Source: a virus. From it: a stretch of DNA of 64,000 nt. This document shows positions 45,017 to 53,881 of this stretch, piece after piece. A program made the position numbers and the translations under genes. The notes below the pieces were generated by a model. That model was not told the DNA's origin, made no database searches, and worked only from the letters and a program-made list of their open reading frames with translations. The stretch is from positions 6,207 through 70,206 of the IMG/VR virus record IMGVR_UViG_3300032291_003216; one strand, 5' to 3'. Within the stretch, counting starts at the first letter, position 1. Each line of letters opens with the position of its first letter.

Positions 45017-47204
45017 TGGATCCCTCAATGTCCGCGATCTCCAGCTCGTCGGCGGCGACGTGCTGGTCGATGGTCGAGCGCTTCAGCTGGTACACCCGCA
45101 TCGGCGCACCGTGGATGCGCTCCACCGCCGTGCGGTTGGCGATGCCCTTCTGATGGTGCGTCTGCCGCTGCGTCACGCGGATCCACCCACGCTCCGCCCA
45201 ACGCTCGATGATCTCCTCGACGTGGAACCCGGAGGGCTCCAGCGCCTCGCGCAGCGCGGTCGGCAGCAGTGAGATGACTTCCCAGTCGTCGTTCGCGTCC
45301 CATGCGCCCGCCCAACCACGCTGCGGAACCTGCGGGCTCCCGCTGTGTGCCTTCTCGTGCCGGCCCCAGAAGCGCGCTTGGTTCGCCGCGGCCCACGACG
45401 CCACCTCAATGAGCGCCGCGTGCGGTCGGTCCTTCTCGGACTCCATGCGGTTGACGCACTCGATGAGGAAGAGCATCGGGTCTTCGTCCGGCTGCGGCAC
45501 GCCCAACTGATGCACGATGGTGGACATCAGGTGGATGGTGGCGAGGTTGCCGGCGTGGCGTCGGCTCACCGGGGTGCGCGCGACCGAAGCGTACTCAGCG
45601 CGCGTCTGCCGCCAGATCTCCTTGAGGTCGTCGTGCTGGTGCGCGATGCCAGCGAGGTACTGCGCGACCCGACGCCCAAGGTGGCCGTAGCTCTGGTGCA
45701 GGATGCGCGTCAGCTCCTCCGCTGCCGGCCCGCCGTTGGTCATGTCCGTGCCCATCGGCTTGCCGGTGATGGACAGCACGCGCGCCCGCGTGCCGCCGTC
45801 CTGGGAGAAGCTCGTCGCGGCGCTCTCGCCCGACGTGAGCATGATGGTCCGCCACGCCACGGTCTGCCGCGTGCCGCCGATGCTGCCGCGTCCGCGGCCC
45901 TGCCCGTTGGCGAAGTCGTAGATGACGTCGCGCACCTGCTTCTGATCCTTCGCCCGCTTCGTCTCGTCGAGGATGACCGGCAGGTTTGCGAGGAACCCAC
46001 AGAGCCGCTCGATGTAGACGCGGGTCGAGTCCCATGAGTACATCGCCGTCGGCACGTTGTCGGCGGGGCGCCCCCACACCGAGGCCGCCACGCGCATCGC
46101 CGTCGTCTTCCCGCTCGACGTCTCGCCGTTGAAGTCGACGATGAACGACGGCGCACCGAGGATGTCGAGCAGCGGCGCCGCGGCCGATGCGTAGAGCGCC
46201 ACCCACATCGGGGTGAACGGCTTCATCAGGTGCATCGCCTCGATCCACTCGTCCCATGTCCCGGCCGGCTTCCACCCGTCGAGCACACTCTCCATCCCCT
46301 CGGGCGGGACCATCTCAATGCCCGCCTCTTCGGCGTCGGTGCGCGTCGTGTAGAACGCATCCGGCAGGAGGAACCCGGACACGTTGCCCTGACGGATCCA
46401 GCCCATGCGGCTCGCCGCCTGATGCGCGGCAAAGCGGTGCATGTTCTCCGCCTCAAACTCCGCGAGCCACTCGACGACGTCGCCAGCCGTGTTCGACGTG
46501 ACCGGCACCTCAAGGTCCGCGAGGCCGATGAGCTTCTGGTTGTTCATGACCACGCCGCGGTCCACCGCGCGCATCGTCCACCCGCTCGGGGTGCGCCACA
46601 TGAGGATGCGCTTCGCCGTCCCGGTCAGCACGTCGTGCGTGCGGCCCGTGATGAAGATCGGCGCGGTCGCCACGCGCTTGCTGTTTGTGCCGCCGTCCGC
46701 CGCCACCGACATCTTGAAGACGCCGGTCGGGTCGATGGCCCAGCCGCGCGGCACGCGCAGCGCGTCGAGCATCCCCGGCTCGACCAGCGACGGAGGCGGG
46801 GCGCCGGGCCCGAGGGCCACGGCCATCGACACCAGCGTGTTGTCCTGCACGACACCGATGACCCGGTCCAGCGCCGCCTTCTTCTTCTCCACCACGAGGC
46901 GCTTGAGCGCGGAGCGGAGCGCCTTGGCGCGCGTCACCTGACCCGGCAATAGCTCGATGACGGCGAGCATTGAGGACACCGCGCCCTCGTCCGCCACCCA
47001 CGCATCGGCGATGGCGGTCAGCGCATCGGGCCGCTGGAGCTGGCTCCACGCCGCGAGGTGGTTGCTCTTCTCCGACGAGGCGAGCTGGTTCTGTAGGACG
47101 CGCAGAAGGTCGAGCCCCGCGCTCACGTTGTCCGGCTTGTCTTCCACGTCGTCGAGGACCGGACCCTCGCCCGCATCGGGATCTTCCATGTCGTCGTAGT
47201 TCAT
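45009..47204 (-). CDS. DUF927-domain replicative helicase/ATPase
   Basis: SRMGW, GETSSGKTT, ILDE, NGQGRGRG, WRTIMLTSGE, YGH. Confidence 0.85.
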   Translation of the reverse strand: MNYDDMEDPDAGEGPVLDDVEDKPDNVSAGLDLLRVLQNQLASSEKSNHLAAWSQLQRPDALTAIADAWVADEGAVSSMLAVIELLPGQVTRAKALRSALKRLVVEKKKAALDRVIGVVQDNTLVSMAVALGPGAPPPSLVEPGMLDALRVPRGWAIDPTGVFKMSVAADGGTNSKRVATAPIFITGRTHDVLTGTAKRILMWRTPSGWTMRAVDRGVVMNNQKLIGLADLEVPVTSNTAGDVVEWLAEFEAENMHRFAAHQAASRMGWIRQGNVSGFLLPDAFYTTRTDAEEAGIEMVPPEGMESVLDGWKPAGTWDEWIEAMHLMKPFTPMWVALYASAAAPLLDILGAPSFIVDFNGETSSGKTTAMRVAASVWGRPADNVPTAMYSWDSTRVYIERLCGFLANLPVILDETKRAKDQKQVRDVIYDFANGQGRGRGSIGGTRQTVAWRTIMLTSGESAATSFSQDGGTRARVLSITGKPMGTDMTNGGPAAEELTRILHQSYGHLGRRVAQYLAGIAHQHDDLKEIWRQTRAEYASVARTPVSRRHAGNLATIHLMSTIVHQLGVPQPDEDPMLFLIECVNRMESEKDRPHAALIEVASWAAANQARFWGRHEKAHSGSPQVPQRGWAGAWDANDDWEVISLLPTALREALEPSGFHVEEIIERWAERGWIRVTQRQTHHQKGIANRTAVERIHGAPMRVYQLKRSTIDQHVAADELEIADIEGSSG

Positions 47205-47992
47205 TCGGCAACTCGCAGGTAGAGGTAGCCGCGCGGACGGAGCAGACCGTCGCGCCGCAGCTTGACGATGGTGGTGTTGAGGAAGGAGCGGCTGAACTGA
47301 TCGGCCGCCGTGAGTGTCTCCAGCGTAGGCAACTCCGCGCCGGAGAGCCATGCCTGGATACACGCCATGAGCACGAACGCCTCTGCTCCTGCGCGTGCCT
47401 GCGCCTCGTGGATCGCTTCGCCCATCGCCGGCACGATGCCGTCGGCGACGAGGCCGCGCCGGCGTAGCTCACCGATGTGCGCCTTGATGACGTGCTCGGG
47501 GATCTTCGTCCGGGCCGGCAGGTCTTCCGGGCGCAGCGCCTCGCCCTCGGCTTCCGCAGCCCGAAGCGCCGCCACGATGGCGTCGATGACGTCGTCGCGC
47601 ATCGTCGGCGGCGTGTAGACGCGCGGCTGCTTCGGCCGGACGACCACGGGGTACGGAATCTCGAGCCGCTCGCAGTAGCGAGACAGGCGCATGTAGAGCG
47701 TCCGCGTCGTCTGGTCGCACGGCTCCATGCCGAGGTCGGTGGCGATCTCTTGGTACGTCTTGCCCTGCTTCCGGAGCGCGTAGATGCGCTCGTTCTGCAT
47801 GTCCATCGACGTGTCCGCGCGGCGTGCCGCCTCGGCGTCGAAGCCGGCGCACTTCAAGCGCCGGTGGATGTTCCGCACCGTGCAGTTGTTCTGCTCGGCG
47901 ATGGTCACGACAGAGACGCCAGAACGGAGCTGTTCCCACACAGCCTTCGCCCGGCTGCGCGTCCACGGGGTCCACTTCTTCTCGGGGGTCAT
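47201..47992 (-). CDS. multi-HTH DNA-binding protein
   Basis: Four HTH/wHTH-like segments. Confidence 0.65.
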   Translation of the reverse strand: MTPEKKWTPWTRSRAKAVWEQLRSGVSVVTIAEQNNCTVRNIHRRLKCAGFDAEAARRADTSMDMQNERIYALRKQGKTYQEIATDLGMEPCDQTTRTLYMRLSRYCERLEIPYPVVVRPKQPRVYTPPTMRDDVIDAIVAALRAAEAEGEALRPEDLPARTKIPEHVIKAHIGELRRRGLVADGIVPAMGEAIHEAQARAGAEAFVLMACIQAWLSGAELPTLETLTAADQFSRSFLNTTIVKLRRDGLLRPRGYLYLRVAE

Positions 47993-48264
47993 ACCTTCAC
48001 CTCGTCGATGCAGGCCGTCTCGCGGGCTTCTGCGGCGAGGTTGTCGAGGCGTCGCAACGCCACGAGTGCTTGTTCGATCCTGTCGTTGTGCTGGGCCGCG
48101 AGCACGCGCGTGATGTCCTCCATCACCCGTGACGAGTAGTGAAGCTGTGCGCGTTGCACGAACCACTCGGCCAGCTCGCCGTTCGTCAGGGCGTCGCGAA
48201 TGGTAGCGACGCACGCCTCGACCTCACGCTCGTTCTTGAGGTACTCCTCATTGGTCCACGGCAT
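47989..48264 (-). CDS. hypothetical protein
   Basis: MPWTNEEYL; coupled to both neighbours. Confidence 0.6.
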   Translation of the reverse strand: MPWTNEEYLKNEREVEACVATIRDALTNGELAEWFVQRAQLHYSSRVMEDITRVLAAQHNDRIEQALVALRRLDNLAAEARETACIDEVKV

Positions 48265-50087
48265 CACGCCTCCTTCGGAGCGGCGATGCCGTTGGAGATG
48301 ATGTGCGCGGCGCTCTCGCGGTTGAGCGAGCCGATCTGGCCGTTGCTGTACCCGAGCGCGCGGAGCATGGCCCACATCGACGGGGACGCCACGAAGACCT
48401 GCATCGTCGGGGCCGCGGGGTCGACGACCACGACCTCAGGCACGACCTTCTCAGGCTCGGCCTTCTCCTCGACCTGACCCAGCTCGATGACCGTCCAGCC
48501 GGTCGGCACCTTCTTCGGCTTCGTTGGCGTGCCGATGACGACCTGGCCCTCGAAACCGGACCACGAGGCGAGCACCTTGCCCAGCGTCGCGGCGTCCCAG
48601 CCGCGGTCCTCCGGCATGACGAGCACGGGCCGGTCGGCCGGAATGTCCGCGCAGATCGCCATCGCCAAGGCGCACGTCACCGTGGCCCACTCCGCACCGG
48701 AGAGCGCACACCGCAGCTTGCCGTTGGTCAGAAGGCCGAGTCGGAAGACCTCTTTCCCGGCTTCTTCCAGCATCATACCGAACTTCCAGCCGTCGGGCAA
48801 GTGCTTCTGTACGCGCGCGATGAAGGTGTCGACGACGCGCTTGAGGAGGCCGGCGACGACACCCTCCAGCTCCTTCTTCATGCCCTTGTACGTCTCGGAC
48901 TCGCGCGTCATCTCGGCCACCGTGTTGCGAGCGGAGCGGAGGCTCGCCCACTTCTCCGACGTGGCGCGGAGCGCGAGCCACCGATCCTGTGCGGCGCTCG
49001 CTTCCTTCTGGGACTCGATGAGGTCGAGGTCTAGCAACTCCGTCGGCAGGGACGCTACGTCCTGCGCGTACTCGGTGAGGCGCTGCTGGAGCACCGCGGT
49101 GTCCGGCGCCGGCTGCTGCGCAGGAAGGGAGTTCAGCGTGTCCCCGTAGAACCCGGCGCACATCTTGATGTGGGCCTTGCCAACGGCGCTGGAGCAGAGC
49201 GGGCACGCCTCGATGCCGCGGGCCACGGCGATGTTCGCCGCCGACACCATGCTCCGGTAGAACTCGCGGTCCTCCGCACCGGCGCTCGGGGTCGAGGGCG
49301 CCGCCGTCGCGAGCTGCTGGCGCAGGCCGGTGATCTTGGTGAGCAGGGCCGCGTGCTGCGCCTGTGCGCTCTGCGCCCGGCTCAGCGTGGAGGCGAGCGC
49401 ACCGGCGACCTGCTTCGCGTCGTCGATGTCAGACTCGGTCGGTGCCTCGTCGAGATCCTGCGTCATGCCGGCGAGGAGCGCCTCGGCGCCGCTCGCTTCC
49501 TTTGTCGCGTCGCGCTGGCGCTTGCCGACGTACTCCAGCGTGGCGAGCAGCGCGTCGACCGGCGTCTTCCCGCGACCGACCGAGCCGCTGATGTCCTTGT
49601 ACTTCGCCTGGTAGATGGCCGGGACCATCTCCTCGATGTCGGCGGCGCGCACGCTCGCCGAGGCCCAGCCGAGGAACGCCTTGCGCGCGTTCGCGGGGCT
49701 GCTGTCGAGCACCTCGCGGATGTTGTGGAGCGGCAGGAACGCATCGCCCGCCGTGTCGTGGCTGGGGCGGCTGCCGTCCTTGGCGATGAAGACGTAGTCC
49801 TCGCCGTTGCTGAGCTTCGCGTGCACGCTCAGCCGCTCGGCGCTGACCATGCTCATCAGCATGCCGTTGTCCTTGACCCCGTCGCGACCCGTCAGGTCGT
49901 CGGCGCTGCCGAGGAGGGCGAGCTGGAGGCTCTGCTGGACGGCGCTCTTGCCGCTGCCGTTGGGCCCGACGATCAGCGTCTTGGCCGTGAGGGCGGTCTG
50001 CTTGGGGCGACCGTCAGCGGACTTGAGGTTGGAGGAGAGATGCTCAATGAACGGTCGAGCGGTGGTGGTCTGCTTCTTCGGCGGCAC
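48264..50087 (-). CDS. Rad50/SbcC-like ABC ATPase
   Basis: GPNGSGKS, coiled coils with CPLC hook, LSGAE signature. Confidence 0.8.
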   Translation of the reverse strand: MPPKKQTTTARPFIEHLSSNLKSADGRPKQTALTAKTLIVGPNGSGKSAVQQSLQLALLGSADDLTGRDGVKDNGMLMSMVSAERLSVHAKLSNGEDYVFIAKDGSRPSHDTAGDAFLPLHNIREVLDSSPANARKAFLGWASASVRAADIEEMVPAIYQAKYKDISGSVGRGKTPVDALLATLEYVGKRQRDATKEASGAEALLAGMTQDLDEAPTESDIDDAKQVAGALASTLSRAQSAQAQHAALLTKITGLRQQLATAAPSTPSAGAEDREFYRSMVSAANIAVARGIEACPLCSSAVGKAHIKMCAGFYGDTLNSLPAQQPAPDTAVLQQRLTEYAQDVASLPTELLDLDLIESQKEASAAQDRWLALRATSEKWASLRSARNTVAEMTRESETYKGMKKELEGVVAGLLKRVVDTFIARVQKHLPDGWKFGMMLEEAGKEVFRLGLLTNGKLRCALSGAEWATVTCALAMAICADIPADRPVLVMPEDRGWDAATLGKVLASWSGFEGQVVIGTPTKPKKVPTGWTVIELGQVEEKAEPEKVVPEVVVVDPAAPTMQVFVASPSMWAMLRALGYSNGQIGSLNRESAAHIISNGIAAPKEA

Positions 50088-50185
50088 AGGAACTCCTGAG
50101 AGGAAAGACCAACCGGTGCTGCGGCGCATCGCTGACAGGGAAGCGGGCGCAGCACCGGCTGGCTGTTGTCCTCTTAGTGTACCCG

Positions 50186-50199
50186 TACCACGGCGTCAA
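50186..50199 (-). promoter_or_regulatory. operator overlapping a -35 element
   Basis: Minus strand TTGACG; TGACG-CCG-TGGTA. Confidence 0.5.
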
Positions 50200-50687
50200 G
50201 TATCTTTCTTGATGAACGCTTCGTACCGCGTGAACGGGACACAACCGCCGGAGCCGAGCGCAGCGCACTCGCGGCAGTCATCGACCTCAATGATCGTACC
50301 GGGGTCGGAGAAGCGCATCACGGCATGCGCTGACACAGCATGCCCGCAACGAGTGCAGTCCCCACTACGCACGGGGGCCACGGGCGTTTCCGTAACACGC
50401 ATCTCGTCTACTGTCGCTTGAAGAGCCTTCAACTTTCGCTGCATCGCCACGTAGGCCGCGCGCATCTCCGCGTTCTCGCGCCGCACCGTCTCCAGCTCGG
50501 CGATGCCGGCGGCCAGCACCTCGTTGGCGCTGACCTTCGTCTCCTTGTCGGGGTAGGCGATGCGCCACGCGAGCTTGCGCATCTCGCTGATGGCGCGGTC
50601 GATGGCAGGACAGGTGTAGCCAGGAGGCTTCGGCAGCGGCTCGGCGTAGCTGCACGGGCCGCAGTCGCAGGGTGGTAGGTCGCTCAC
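50196..50687 (-). CDS. hypothetical Cys-rich/coiled-coil protein
   Basis: YTCPAID...LETVRRENAEMR; GTGA coupling. Confidence 0.6.
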   Translation of the reverse strand: MSDLPPCDCGPCSYAEPLPKPPGYTCPAIDRAISEMRKLAWRIAYPDKETKVSANEVLAAGIAELETVRRENAEMRAAYVAMQRKLKALQATVDEMRVTETPVAPVRSGDCTRCGHAVSAHAVMRFSDPGTIIEVDDCRECAALGSGGCVPFTRYEAFIKKDT

Positions 50688-51229
50688 GACTTCTCCCAGT
50701 AGACATCCTCGCCGCGCCGGTAGCGGCGGAGGTGTTCCTTCGCAGCATCGTCCACGAAGTGCGCGTCGTCGTAGACTGCGTAGTTGTTTGGGAGCAGCGC
50801 GAACTGGCCGCTGTCCAACGCGATGAGGTTCAGCGGCTTGTGCTCCTGCGGGTAGCGGGAGAAGCCGTCGGCCCAGTCGATGATGACGCCCGTGTGCCGC
50901 CCGCGCGCCTTGAACGGCGCGCGGATCTCGCACGTCAGTCCCTCAAGGTAGCGCGCGTGCCACGCCTCCGTCTGCTCGCCCATCGAACCCCACGGCATCA
51001 GGTGCTCGCGCGGAACGCTGAAGTCCTGCGTGGTCGAGATGGCGTGCAGCGGGAGCCCGCTCCAGTGCGCGCCGCTCTCCAGCAGGACATGACACATGAG
51101 CGTCTGGAAGGGCCGCGCATACACGCCGTGCCAGATCGCAGCCGTCGTACCCGGCGGCATCGTGGGCCCGAGGAAGCTGTTCTGCACGTTCACGTACAGG
51201 TGAAACGGGAGGTTCGCATGGCGGCTCAT
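50684..51229 (-). CDS. conserved phage hypothetical protein
   Basis: ESGAHWSGLPLHAI...EHK...GQFALLPNN. Confidence 0.7.
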   Translation of the reverse strand: MSRHANLPFHLYVNVQNSFLGPTMPPGTTAAIWHGVYARPFQTLMCHVLLESGAHWSGLPLHAISTTQDFSVPREHLMPWGSMGEQTEAWHARYLEGLTCEIRAPFKARGRHTGVIIDWADGFSRYPQEHKPLNLIALDSGQFALLPNNYAVYDDAHFVDDAAKEHLRRYRRGEDVYWEKS

Positions 51230-51555
51230 GGCGCGGCCTCCAGCGCCGCGACAAGAAGTTCGGCCTCGCTCTCGCCTTGCAGCGCCGTCGTCCCGTAGTC
51301 CGCGAGGAACCAGCGTCGTTTCCCACCGGACACAGGCGATAGCGTCGTCTGCCCGTGCGCCTCCCGCACGCACGCGATCAGGATGCCCATTGAGGCCGGC
51401 TGCCGGAGGTCCGGCACGTCCACTTCGCGGTTCCATCGCCACAACAGCGAGTCGTCCCACGTCCGGCCCTGCATGTCCTTGAGGCCCGGCATCGGCCGGA
51501 AGTGCCGGCAGGCGGAGAGCCGCTTGCCCAGCGCGGTCGCTTCCTCTTCAGTCAC
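51226..51555 (-). CDS. hypothetical protein
   Basis: PDLRQPASMG...SEAELLVAALEAAP. Confidence 0.65.
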   Translation of the reverse strand: MTEEEATALGKRLSACRHFRPMPGLKDMQGRTWDDSLLWRWNREVDVPDLRQPASMGILIACVREAHGQTTLSPVSGGKRRWFLADYGTTALQGESEAELLVAALEAAP

Positions 51556-51902
51556 CGGGACACCGTGTTGCGGCGGTCCAGCTCGCGCTGGATGTACCAG
51601 AGGGCCTTGCGGAGATCCTCGACGGCGTTGCCCTTGTGGTCGGCTCTCACGACGTACTTCACGACATTCCCGAGGTTGAACCCTAAGTTCCACGCCTCGA
51701 TGGCTTCGATGACCTCGATGCTGCCAGCGTTGTAGTGCGCTGGGTGATGCACCGTGTTAGGTTCGGGACGAGCCGGGACTGCGGTAGTAGAAGCACGCCA
51801 GCCCTTGTGCCAGCGGCACTTGCCCTCGGTGTTGTTGCAGGTCGACGGCTCGCCGTTCAGGTACGTCGGGGCGCCGCACTTCTCTTGCATGATGATCTTC
51901 AT
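51552..51902 (-). CDS. DUF3310 (SaV-like) protein
   Basis: VHHPAHY...IEVI...GNVVKYVVRA..K...EDLRKALWY. Confidence 0.9.
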   Translation of the reverse strand: MKIIMQEKCGAPTYLNGEPSTCNNTEGKCRWHKGWRASTTAVPARPEPNTVHHPAHYNAGSIEVIEAIEAWNLGFNLGNVVKYVVRADHKGNAVEDLRKALWYIQRELDRRNTVSR

Positions 51903-52309
51903 GGGGACTCCTGGATGAGCAGGACGCCGACGTCGGTCCACGCGTCGCTCTGCTTCTCGGCCAGTCCGATGACGTGGCCGATCTGGTTGGTGATGTAGTT
52001 CCATGCGTAGACGGGCTTGCCGCGGGAGAGGAACCCCTCGACGAGGGCGTAGGTGGCGCGGCCCACGGACGGCTGGTCGAAGTCGAGGACCGGGACCGCG
52101 ATGCCGTGGAACAGCGCGTCGCCGCTCCAGTCTTCCGCGACCGGCACGTCCTTGACCCATGTGTTCCAGCCGCCCATCGCACGGCTGCGACTGAGGTAGT
52201 CGTCCCGGCCGGCGACGACCGTGGCGCTGAGCAGCGTGCCAAGCTCCGTCACCCATGCGTCGATCTCTTCGTTCGGGGTCTGCTTCCCGTGTGCGAGGAA
52301 GACGGTCAT
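51899..52309 (-). CDS. hypothetical protein, possible NDT/TIR-like fold
   Basis: VFLAH...SVGRATYALVEGFLSRGKPV. Confidence 0.45.
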   Translation of the reverse strand: MTVFLAHGKQTPNEEIDAWVTELGTLLSATVVAGRDDYLSRSRAMGGWNTWVKDVPVAEDWSGDALFHGIAVPVLDFDQPSVGRATYALVEGFLSRGKPVYAWNYITNQIGHVIGLAEKQSDAWTDVGVLLIQESP

Positions 52310-52776
52310 GGCTGCTCCTCAAGGCCGAGGATGGAGAGCAGCCCGCGCCGCTGCTCCACGAAGCGCTGCGCAAGATCGTCGCGCTCTCGATAGGCGAGGT
52401 CGCGTTCCTGCCGCGCCCGCTCCACGTTGGCTTGAGCGGACCTCAGTTCCTCGATGGCGACCTTCGCCGCGATGTCTGTGGCGCGCTTCTCCTGCTCGGC
52501 GTTCCACGCCATCTTGGTGAGGCGCTGGTTCTCCTTCGTGAGACGAACCACTTCAGCGTCGAGGTCTTGCTCCGTCAGCTTCGCGGCCTGTAGTTGGTTG
52601 CGGAGTCCGTCGTTCGACTCATGCAGCGACTTGATGGTGACCAGAAGGTCGGGCTGCGGCTCAGGCGGTTCGACGTGGGCCGACAGCTTCTCGACCTTCT
52701 GCGCGAGTGTCTCAAGGTCGAGGTGTAGGCGCAGCACGGCCCGCTCCAAGTCGTCGACATTAGCGTGGGTGGTCAT
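52306..52776 (-). CDS. coiled-coil protein
   Basis: Heptad-rich; AAGGAGG RBS. Confidence 0.65.
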   Translation of the reverse strand: MTTHANVDDLERAVLRLHLDLETLAQKVEKLSAHVEPPEPQPDLLVTIKSLHESNDGLRNQLQAAKLTEQDLDAEVVRLTKENQRLTKMAWNAEQEKRATDIAAKVAIEELRSAQANVERARQERDLAYRERDDLAQRFVEQRRGLLSILGLEEQP

Positions 52777-53096
52777 GGCGCCTCCTTGCGGTGCTCGCCG
52801 CGCACGATGCCCGTAGCCAACTCCGAGACGGCGATGTCCTTGCACTCTGTGCAGACGTAGCCGCCTTCCGACATGTACCGGACGACCGCAGCGCGCTCGT
52901 CGTTGCGTTGCTGGTATGCGTTGGTCATCCGCGTCCGCATCGTCTCGACGCCCAGCTCCAGCTCCGCCTTCTCCGCGCGCAGCCGCTCGACCTCCGCGAC
53001 CAGCGCGCGAGCCTGCTCGACGGTGAGCACGCCGTCGCGCCACGGGATCGCTTCTTCGATCTGCTGCTTGATCTCGTTGAGCCTGTCGCTGTTCAT
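52773..53096 (-). CDS. hypothetical protein
   Basis: ALVAEVERLRAE; ERAAVV...RGEHR. Confidence 0.6.
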   Translation of the reverse strand: MNSDRLNEIKQQIEEAIPWRDGVLTVEQARALVAEVERLRAEKAELELGVETMRTRMTNAYQQRNDERAAVVRYMSEGGYVCTECKDIAVSELATGIVRGEHRKEAP

Positions 53097-53314
53097 GCGG
53101 CCTTCCAGAGCAGCACGTACTTGCGACGCGGCTGCGACTTCTGCTGGTACGTCACCTTGCCCTCGTTGTGCAGTTCCATCAGCAGGGGCTGGATGAACGC
53201 CTTGGACATCAGCATCTCCGATGCGATCTCCTCGGTCGTCGACCACGGCTCCTCGGTGATGATGGACAGCGCCTGCCGCTTGCGCTCCGCGCGCGGGTCG
53301 ACGGGGCCCCTCAC
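53093..53314 (-). CDS. winged-HTH protein
   Basis: STTEEIASEM...LMELHNEGKV. Confidence 0.6.
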   Translation of the reverse strand: MRGPVDPRAERKRQALSIITEEPWSTTEEIASEMLMSKAFIQPLLMELHNEGKVTYQQKSQPRRKYVLLWKAA

Positions 53315-53490
53315 TTGCGCACCCGACGCGGCGTCAGCTCGCGCAGCCGGTGCATCTCAGCGATGAGCGCGTCATAGTCGTCGAGGTCGATGAGCACCGC
53401 ACGACGGCGCGTGATGCCATCGGTGCGGTTGCGGGCCGCGATGCGGTCGATGATGGAATCGAGCCGCTCGTCCGTCATGGGGACGGTCAT
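53311..53490 (-). CDS. hypothetical protein (59 aa)
   Basis: MTVPMTDERLDSI...LIAEMHRLR; coupled overlaps. Confidence 0.55.
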   Translation of the reverse strand: MTVPMTDERLDSIIDRIAARNRTDGITRRRAVLIDLDDYDALIAEMHRLRELTPRRVRK

Positions 53491-53741
53491 GGGTTCTCCT
53501 TGCGATGGTCGCCGCGCTCGATCTTCTTTGCCGCCACGAACAGGGCGGCTGCGCCCTCAAACGGCTTCGCTGCCTCGCTTCGCAGCCACGCCGCGACGTC
53601 GCTCTGCTCCGTCGCGAGGTCGAACTTCAGCGACTCAATGATGAGTTCCTTGAACTTCAACGACTTCTTCAAGTCCTTGATCGTCAGCGCCATCTCGGCG
53701 ATCTGCGCGGCGAGCGCCTCGTTGCGTTCTTCGAGCGTCAC
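53487..53741 (-). CDS. hypothetical protein
   Basis: GGAGG RBS; VAAWLR...IERGDHR. Confidence 0.55.
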   Translation of the reverse strand: MTLEERNEALAAQIAEMALTIKDLKKSLKFKELIIESLKFDLATEQSDVAAWLRSEAAKPFEGAAALFVAAKKIERGDHRKENP

Positions 53742-53821
53742 GGCCACCTCCCGACCTTGCGGGCTACGGCGGCCACGAGGTCGAGCAGCCAGTGCCCGAC
53801 GTCGATGAGGTCTGTGTACAT
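53738..53821 (-). CDS. 27-aa peptide
   Basis: MYTDLIDVGHWLLDLVAAVARKVGRWP; GGAG RBS just after a promoter. Confidence 0.4.
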   Translation of the reverse strand: MYTDLIDVGHWLLDLVAAVARKVGRWP

Positions 53822-53834
53822 CGTCTCTCCAGAA

Positions 53835-53872
53835 GACCTCTACGGTATAGCAAGGCCATACCGTAGCGGCAA
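53835..53872 (-). promoter_or_regulatory. promoter with two operators
   Basis: TTGCCG-N17-TATACC; sites at 53835 and 53859. Confidence 0.65.
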
Positions 53873-53881
53873 GAAGAAACG

